Shown here piece by piece: positions 58,004 to 64,000 of a DNA stretch of 64,000 nt. A program made the translations under genes and the position numbers. The first letter of the stretch is position 1. Every line of letters begins with the position of its first letter. The stretch covers positions 124,001 to 188,000 of IMG/VR virus record IMGVR_UViG_3300025141_000020; one strand, 5' to 3'. A model generated the notes under the pieces. The model did not search any database, was not told the origin of the DNA, and saw nothing but the letters and a program-made list of their open reading frames with translations.

Positions 58004-58110
58004 GAAACATTAGTTAAGTTATACCGTATAATATAATACAATTAACTTGGTCGTTTAACTTAAATTTATTATCTTTGTAGTATGAAAAAATTAATCACAG
58101 TATTATTATT
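58004..58110 (+). repeat. About 107-bp imperfect direct repeat (copy 2 at 58618-58724) containing the promoter and CAP signal-peptide start
   Basis: GAAACATTAGTTA...CAATTAACTTGGTCGTTTAACTTAAATT...ATGAAAAAATTA recurs at offset 614; promoters CTTG-N20-TATCTTTG (58046-58077) and CTTG-N20-TACCTTTA (58660-58691). Confidence 0.9.
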
Positions 58111-58609
58111 ATTCCTTTCCATATTTTCTTATGGTCAAACTAAGTTAGATTTACTTATTTTCGAAAAAGTGAATAACTATCGTACACAAAATGGTTTATC
58201 TCCGTGGGCATGGGATAATAGGGTTTTCGTGGTGGCTGAAAAACACAATAATTATCAACTAAGTGTAAGTGATATTTCACATGACGAATTAGTTGATGTT
58301 GTAGGTCATGAAGAAATTAATAGGTTAGCTCATCGTTTTGACGCTATTTTTACTAATTGGTTACGTTGTGGGGAAAATATTGCTGTTGTAAACACATCTG
58401 ATATGACATTAGAAAAAATTGCTAATACAACATTAGAAATGTGGATTGATTCCCCACCGCATAATAAAATACTTTTGTCTGCAACTAAATATTGTGGTGG
58501 AGCTATAAGCTCTCACCACAGTACAACCTGGTCACGTTCTAAATATGCTTCTCACAATAGTTGGGTGTACGTTACCTTAAATTTGTATGGTGGTTCTATA
58601 TATAACTAA
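58082..58609 (+). CDS. Secreted CAP-domain protein, paralog 2
   Basis: Signal peptide ...SYG-Q; VNNYRTQNG, HNNY, SHDE, GENIA, WIDSPPHNKIL. Confidence 0.85.
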   Translation: MKKLITVLLLFLSIFSYGQTKLDLLIFEKVNNYRTQNGLSPWAWDNRVFVVAEKHNNYQLSVSDISHDELVDVVGHEEINRLAHRFDAIFTNWLRCGENIAVVNTSDMTLEKIANTTLEMWIDSPPHNKILLSATKYCGGAISSHHSTTWSRSKYASHNSWVYVTLNLYGGSIYN

Positions 58610-58695
58610 TATATCTCGAAACATTAGTTAGATTATATCGTATAATATAATACAATTAACTTGGTCGTTTAACTTAAATTCCTTACCTTTACATT

Positions 58696-59223
58696 ATGAA
58701 AAAATTACTCACAGTCTTATTAACTATTTTAACTTTCTGTTCATACGGACAACAACGTATTGTAGAAGCAGAAAAAATCATTTTTAGAATGGTAAACGAA
58801 TATAGAGTGTCTCAAGGGTTAGACGCTGTTGTATGGTCTGAAGACGCGTATAATGCAGCGTATCACCACTCATCTTATATGTCTAATAAAGGTGTCCCTT
58901 ATGCACACACTGAAACTGTTGATGTGGATGGTCATGAGGAGATAAGTAACCCTCAGATGAGAATAGCGAAGTATTGTAGCCCTTCTTCTTGGGGTACGGA
59001 ATGTATGGCGGGTCTTCCTTTATTATCGTGGACCGTAGAACCTTGGGATTTAGAGAAAGCGTGTCGTACAGTAGTAAATAATTGGATTAATTCTCCCGGA
59101 CACAAAAAAGCTATATTATATGATAAAGAAGGTAACGGTAACCTTAGTATTGGAGCTGTGAGCGTAATTAAGTTAAATTATTGTGAGAGTTCAATCCCGG
59201 TATTAGTCTTGGTGAACAAATAA
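58696..59223 (+). CDS. Secreted CAP-domain protein, paralog 3
   Basis: Signal peptide ...SYG-Q; VNEYRVSQG, HSSYM, HTE, E, WINSPGHKKAIL. Confidence 0.85.
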   Translation: MKKLLTVLLTILTFCSYGQQRIVEAEKIIFRMVNEYRVSQGLDAVVWSEDAYNAAYHHSSYMSNKGVPYAHTETVDVDGHEEISNPQMRIAKYCSPSSWGTECMAGLPLLSWTVEPWDLEKACRTVVNNWINSPGHKKAILYDKEGNGNLSIGAVSVIKLNYCESSIPVLVLVNK

Positions 59224-59233
59224 ACCCCTTCCT

Positions 59234-62071
59234 TTATGCTGGTTTGGTTAGTTGCTGTGAGGCATCCTTACCACATTTAACATTTAATCCCCACGCTGTA
59301 CCCCCTAATGGAGCTATTACCTGTAACCAAGCAGTATCTGTACCTTCAATTTTATTAAAGGTTATCTCACCATTAGGTCCTATCATACCCTCATCAAAAC
59401 CTAATGATTCCAGCTCTGCATTAAATTCTTTTGTTCCACCAATATTATTAGAAGCATACTTTCCTCCAGTACGTACATTCCACTCCCACTCCTTCTTAGA
59501 TATGTTAGCGGATTTTATTAATTGTTCTATTCTGTTTTTATTAACATTTATTTCATTTAGTATAATCTTAAGTTCATTTTCTAAATCTTGTACTACCTTC
59601 TTTTTTCTATTCGCGATTTCATTTTCCTTCACTGGTATCTCCTCCTTCATGGCCTCCAATTCATTTTTCTGGTTCTTTAACTGTATCGCTTGTAGTTTTT
59701 TCATTGTGATAAAGAACTCTTTAAGGTCATCTTTTTTGAATCCCGTTTGTTTTTTGTTCCTGTTATCCACCAATTTATTATAACCAGTGCTTTTCTGTAC
59801 TTTCGACTTATTGTCATATGGGTAAAGTTTGAAAAAATTGGTAAACCACTTTTCATCTAGTTCTCCCGCTGCTTTTAAATTATAATAAGCATTGCCAAGG
59901 TATTGAGCTCTCTTGTATTCTTCTTGAGTTTCATTGCCTCCATCTCTCTTACGTACCAACTTGTCTGACACATCATCATCTTTATGTACAAACCAGTAAA
60001 CATTAGGTACGTTTCTGTTAGGGTAATCCAGATAGTGGGTGATATACGAGCCCCATTTCTTGCCATATTTTTTATACTTTGAATCCCCGCCCAGACCTAT
60101 AGGAATACTAAAACCATACTTTTCTATTTTCTCATTAATCTTTTCTATTGATAACTTTAGGTTTTCCTCTTCCTGCTCTAATTTAGCTGTTATTTTTGCT
60201 GCTTGCTCTTCTGTAGTTGAATCTATAATTGCTTGTGCTTCCGCGTTTTCAGTTTCTAACTTTTTCACCTCCTCTTGTGCCTTTTTTAATTTTGGTTTGA
60301 CTAGGTCTAACTCTTCTTGAGACATTTTTTTAAATAAGTTTGAGACAAACCCTTCCTCCCCAGTATCTGGGTTTGAACTAACGTATTCTTTGTCATCATA
60401 AGTTAAAATAAACTTATCGGGAACAGTATACGCGTCAAACTGTAAAGTTATCTTTCCTACTCCAGCTCCTAAAGGTAATTCCATTCCATCACCTGGATAT
60501 ATTTTATACTCAGGACCTTGGGCTTGCCCTCCTTCTTCTGGTTTAAACTTTTTCTTACAAAAAGCTGGTAACGCTTCTAATACTTCTTGAATACCTGTGG
60601 CTTTAAAGGAGATGTTCATCTTTTGTGCTTTAGTATAATCATCGTGGTCAGCTCCTTTGTTTCGGTCCCAGGGTACAGTTCCTAAAGTAAGAATGGGTTT
60701 TGGGATAGTAACATTATCAATACCAGCCTGGGCTAATGCATTTTCTAAATATGTCTTTACTGCTTCTGTTCGTTTTTCCGCTAACCACATATTTCTTTCT
60801 TTTGCGTCTTTAGTCTCCCAGCCAGGCATTCCCATTTCTTTTGCTTTCTCATCTTGGATTGGTACAAGTGAGGCTCCACCTTCTAGTACAATCTCAAATG
60901 TTATGCCTTTTAAATCAGGAACACTAAAAAAAGTTACCATTCTTTTTGCTAGGTCTTCGACCGCGTCTAGAGACTTATCTTTTAGTTCATATACTGCCGA
61001 TGCGAATTTTTGTCCTATATTAATTGGCGGTAACTCGGTTTTTATTATATCAACTATTCTTTGCTTTTTACCGTTTCTAATAACAACATCACCCTTTTGG
61101 TCTTGTTGTTCCATAAGAGGTTTTAAACCCATTATTTCACGTACTCTATTAATTTCATTTAAATAGTGACTTTCTTCTACTTTGTATGCTTCATTTATTT
61201 CTACGTACTTTCCGTCTTTAACTAGATAAAGTATTTTATTCTTATTATTTCGGTAATATTTACCTTCCTCTGCGTTAGATACACTAGGTGTAGCTCCGAA
61301 TGGGTTTTCTTTAGTCCCTTTTTCTTCCTCTCCTGTACGTACATTTTCTCCTGCTCCTATTGTGTCATCTTTGTCAGACTCGTCTGAGTCAGACGTGGAT
61401 TTTACATTGGCCTTATCATACTTTTCTCTTTCCTCCTTGGATTGATTCTTTTTTCTCACTTCGTCACACCACTTCCATATATCCGCTTCGGTTTCTTTAT
61501 CATATGGATTTTTCGGGTTATCCCCAGGAGTGTACATATGGTTCGCGTCCTTTGCCCATGGACATACTTTATCTCCTCCCCTCAGTGCTAACTGCTCTTG
61601 TTTCAATTTAGATAGGGTGCTGCCTAAGTTTTGGTCTAGGTTATATTTCTCTCCTTCGTCAAAATTCCCTGAAAGAACTAATAAATCTACAAATTTTTCG
61701 GGTTTATTCTCATTATCAGAATCTTTAAATGCAATTTGTGTTAAAGTATCTAATTCATCTAGACCCATATATCTTGCCTCACCCGTCAAATACTTTATTA
61801 CACTGGATTCATCGACAAATATTCTATCCAACTTATTAACTAATTTCGCGAACATCCTAAGTTCATCGTCTCCAAATACTGGAGGTGTCTTCTTTCTATC
61901 ACTATCCTGTATCCAAGCACTAGTTTTTCTCCATTCCACACCAGATTTAAGTATGTTATAGATATCCTCTCTTCTTTTCTTGCCACCCCATAATCTGCCC
62001 CACCAATCTTCATTCAAAAGGCCCATTATTTCTTTGGTTCTATTAATTTCTGTTAAAATTTGTTTTTTCAT
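59234..62071 (-). CDS. 945-aa putative capsid-internal polyprotein with two EINR-type leaders and an OmpA_C-like domain
   Basis: N-terminal MKKQILTEINRTKEIMGLLNED; internal YLNEINRVREIMGLKPLMEQ; EGGAS...RNMWLAEKRTEAVKTYL; coiled coils. Confidence 0.6.
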   Translation of the reverse strand: MKKQILTEINRTKEIMGLLNEDWWGRLWGGKKRREDIYNILKSGVEWRKTSAWIQDSDRKKTPPVFGDDELRMFAKLVNKLDRIFVDESSVIKYLTGEARYMGLDELDTLTQIAFKDSDNENKPEKFVDLLVLSGNFDEGEKYNLDQNLGSTLSKLKQEQLALRGGDKVCPWAKDANHMYTPGDNPKNPYDKETEADIWKWCDEVRKKNQSKEEREKYDKANVKSTSDSDESDKDDTIGAGENVRTGEEEKGTKENPFGATPSVSNAEEGKYYRNNKNKILYLVKDGKYVEINEAYKVEESHYLNEINRVREIMGLKPLMEQQDQKGDVVIRNGKKQRIVDIIKTELPPINIGQKFASAVYELKDKSLDAVEDLAKRMVTFFSVPDLKGITFEIVLEGGASLVPIQDEKAKEMGMPGWETKDAKERNMWLAEKRTEAVKTYLENALAQAGIDNVTIPKPILTLGTVPWDRNKGADHDDYTKAQKMNISFKATGIQEVLEALPAFCKKKFKPEEGGQAQGPEYKIYPGDGMELPLGAGVGKITLQFDAYTVPDKFILTYDDKEYVSSNPDTGEEGFVSNLFKKMSQEELDLVKPKLKKAQEEVKKLETENAEAQAIIDSTTEEQAAKITAKLEQEEENLKLSIEKINEKIEKYGFSIPIGLGGDSKYKKYGKKWGSYITHYLDYPNRNVPNVYWFVHKDDDVSDKLVRKRDGGNETQEEYKRAQYLGNAYYNLKAAGELDEKWFTNFFKLYPYDNKSKVQKSTGYNKLVDNRNKKQTGFKKDDLKEFFITMKKLQAIQLKNQKNELEAMKEEIPVKENEIANRKKKVVQDLENELKIILNEINVNKNRIEQLIKSANISKKEWEWNVRTGGKYASNNIGGTKEFNAELESLGFDEGMIGPNGEITFNKIEGTDTAWLQVIAPLGGTAWGLNVKCGKDASQQLTKPA

Positions 62072-62081
62072 GGTTTTTATT

Positions 62082-62564
62082 TTAATTCCACATTACTGTT
62101 ATAGTTTTATCGTCTAAATCAACGTGTAGGTTTGTAGGTAATATAGTGTGGTATCTTTCATTATCTTTTTCATCATAATAATACCACATATCTGGGTCAT
62201 CACTTTTAAATCCACCCATGTCATCTACATTTAATTCAATTTCTTTTTCCACCTCTACCTTAGTGTAGTCTTCGTCATAAATCTCAATCGCTCCTTTTAT
62301 CACTACACTAGTCGTGTAAATGCTTATATCTTTAATACCCCAACTTCTTACGTCTAAATCAAACCTCCAATTTACAACACAATCTAGATATGATATGTCC
62401 ATATCTCGGTCTTTATATTCCGGGAAATAGTTTTGTAGTCCAGAAAAATCTATATCATCTACTTGTGTGCTAAATGAGTTTGGGTCGTCGTCCCATTGTT
62501 CTGTTATAACCTTATCTATTATTTTAACTAATTGGTCTTGTTTAAGTGATATTTTTTTTCTCAT
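62082..62564 (-). CDS. Acidic late protein with ISxxQL-type leader
   Basis: Likely start MRKKISLKQDQLVKIIDKVITEQ at 62564; late motif at 62602. Confidence 0.6.
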   Translation of the reverse strand: MRKKISLKQDQLVKIIDKVITEQWDDDPNSFSTQVDDIDFSGLQNYFPEYKDRDMDISYLDCVVNWRFDLDVRSWGIKDISIYTTSVVIKGAIEIYDEDYTKVEVEKEIELNVDDMGGFKSDDPDMWYYYDEKDNERYHTILPTNLHVDLDDKTITVMWN

Positions 62565-62655
62565 AGTATTAAAAGCTAATTTGCTGGCTTGCTTGCATAT
62601 AATAAATATAAGCATTATACTATAAATATTAATATATTTTTACTATAATTAATAT

Positions 62656-62997
62656 ATGAAAAATTTAATTCTTTGTATGGTAGTTTTTGTAATCGCTCAG
62701 ACTATGGTGTGGTTACAACTAAACGGACAATTTGTCTGGGAATCTTTTCGTAAATATGAATGGGTGTTAATTCTTTTCGGACTCCCAATTAGTTGGTTGT
62801 TTTTAGAAGCCACTAGACATGGTGTAACTGCTTTTGATGGGTTGCTTTGGCCCCAAAGATTTCTTGCTTTCGCTTGTGGAATTATTATTTTTAGTTTATT
62901 TACTTGGCTATTTAAAGGTGAAGGTATTAACACAAAAACAATGATTTCTCTTGGTTTGGCTAGTTGTTTAGTTTTAATACAAATTTTCTGGAAATAA
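62656..62997 (+). CDS. Small 4-TM membrane protein (SMR/DMT-like)
   Basis: 113 aa with four hydrophobic segments. Confidence 0.6.
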   Translation: MKNLILCMVVFVIAQTMVWLQLNGQFVWESFRKYEWVLILFGLPISWLFLEATRHGVTAFDGLLWPQRFLAFACGIIIFSLFTWLFKGEGINTKTMISLGLASCLVLIQIFWK

Positions 62998-63025
62998 ACT
63001 GTAACTACACTAGTATTTATATAAT

Positions 63026-64000
63026 ATGCAAACGACATTTAAAGACATATTATTAAAGGAAGATTATACAGGTAATATGATTACCGGAGAATTAAGTAAA
63101 AAACTCGATAATACCCTTTTTACCCTTATTCATGTACTTGGTGGGTTCACCACCTCAGACGTTATTAACTTTGCAAGAAACGCAAACTATAGAGAACGTA
63201 GACTATTAGATAAGATGGTTAATGACTTACCTTTATCGGATAGACCTTTTGATAAGGAGATGATTAAAAATTCTTCTAGATATCGAGCTTTAACGGTTTT
63301 TATTCAAGTTATAGGTGACTCTTCTAATGTTAATGAATCGTATGTAATTAATAGAGATTTACCGGAACATATAGATAATCAATTATATTTTCTATCACAC
63401 TATATAGGTGGATTTACCACAATGGATGTTGGTCGTTTTGTTAACAACTCTACTCCTAAACAAATTAAAAGACTTGGTCTATTACTTAATAGGATTCCTT
63501 CAGACCAATATGAATTAATTCCTTTAGCTGGAATGTACAAATCTATATATGATAGTCCAGACTATCAAAAACTAATATCTTTAATTCTAGGTACCTTAAC
63601 TGAAGATGTACAATATGACGCAGAGGGGTATCCCACCACAGACACTAACCCATATTTTACACAATACGTTACTCCTGAAATAAAAAAACAAATATTCGGT
63701 TATTGGGGCAAACATGGAATCTGTTATGATTGTTTAAAATATTTTGGTGTCGATGTGGAGGAGGAGGATATGGAAGGTTATACTGATTTTAGAAATATTA
63801 GTGATATTGTATACCCACTATTAGTTATGGAGTATGGTGGTGGTCTAGAAAGCTCTGAGTTTGCAAAAGCTCCGTGGAAATACACTAATGAGATGGGTTT
63901 TAATAATCTAAAGTTTAAAGTAGAACCTATTAGGTTTGACTACATGTTTGATGAATCTGAAAATTTTGGTGAGCATGGTTACGCTTGTTGGGATATTAGG
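63026..64000 (+). CDS. Partial late gene running off the window edge, not in ORF track
   Basis: TATTTATA at 63014, ATG 63026, open to the end (MQTTFKDILLKEDY...GYACWDIR); internal duplicated GGFTT module. Confidence 0.75.
   Translation, partial: MQTTFKDILLKEDYTGNMITGELSKKLDNTLFTLIHVLGGFTTSDVINFARNANYRERRLLDKMVNDLPLSDRPFDKEMIKNSSRYRALTVFIQVIGDSSNVNESYVINRDLPEHIDNQLYFLSHYIGGFTTMDVGRFVNNSTPKQIKRLGLLLNRIPSDQYELIPLAGMYKSIYDSPDYQKLISLILGTLTEDVQYDAEGYPTTDTNPYFTQYVTPEIKKQIFGYWGKHGICYDCLKYFGVDVEEEDMEGYTDFRNISDIVYPLLVMEYGGGLESSEFAKAPWKYTNEMGFNNLKFKVEPIRFDYMFDESENFGEHGYACWDIR

Noticed and set aside
2958-63038. Many track ORFs antisense to or out of frame within long genes (e.g. 2958-, 3467-, 10142-, 13794-, 21037+, 26247+, 26915+, 28908+, 33908+, 35648+, 39770+, 51001+, 59244+, 60657+, 62697-)
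   Set aside because: Shadow ORFs of recognisable genes: Ser/Phe/Ile-rich mirror composition, no motifs, promoters or terminators of their own.
1-64000. Stop-codon reassignment (TAG or TGA), as in some huge phages
   Set aside because: Conserved genes (dnaK, gmd, MCP, terminase) are full length under code 11, and TAA, TAG and TGA all terminate genes at tightly packed junctions.
1-64000. Bacterial chromosome with a prophage, or a eukaryotic giant virus
   Set aside because: No ribosomal or other core cellular genes and no integrase. dnaK, clpC, ssrA and trxA are embedded among T4-type head genes with phage late motifs. The capsid is HK97/gp23-type, not double jelly-roll.

Overview
This 64 kb, very AT-rich window reads as part of a T4-like huge (jumbo) phage genome in the standard genetic code. 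The host is most likely Bacteroidota: TTTG-N19/20-TAnnTTTG promoters, signal peptides followed by Gln, a Bacteroidota-style tmRNA resume context and a small OM beta-barrel all point that way. Layout: 1-13.0 kb, a tightly packed sugar-nucleotide/glycosyltransferase/methyltransferase cluster plus phoH; 13.0-20.8 kb, a gp55-like late sigma factor and baseplate-type genes; 23.4-38.1 kb (minus strand), the head module (major capsid, scaffold, prohead protease, portal, large terminase and acidic head-associated proteins); 38.1-43.0 kb, KTSC, glutaredoxin, dnaK and an N-domain-less clpC; 43-64 kb, a mosaic of host-promoter (early) cassettes and late-motif genes, including tmRNA, three CAP-domain secreted paralogs, an OM beta-barrel and thioredoxin. 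Most notable: (1) a dozen or more late proteins share N-terminal leaders ending in [ILV]-x-E that look like capsid-targeting/prohead-protease signals, including a polyprotein with a second internal leader and OmpA-like domains; (2) an unannotated 21-aa, 9-Cys metallothionein-like gene; (3) a tmRNA with an atypical 22-aa tag near phage ClpC/DnaK; (4) a late-gene motif that is the reverse complement of the T4 late promoter; (5) leaderless early genes; (6) a fused aldolase-CMP-transferase next to a sialyltransferase-like gene. All functional calls come from motif recognition by eye; no searches were run.
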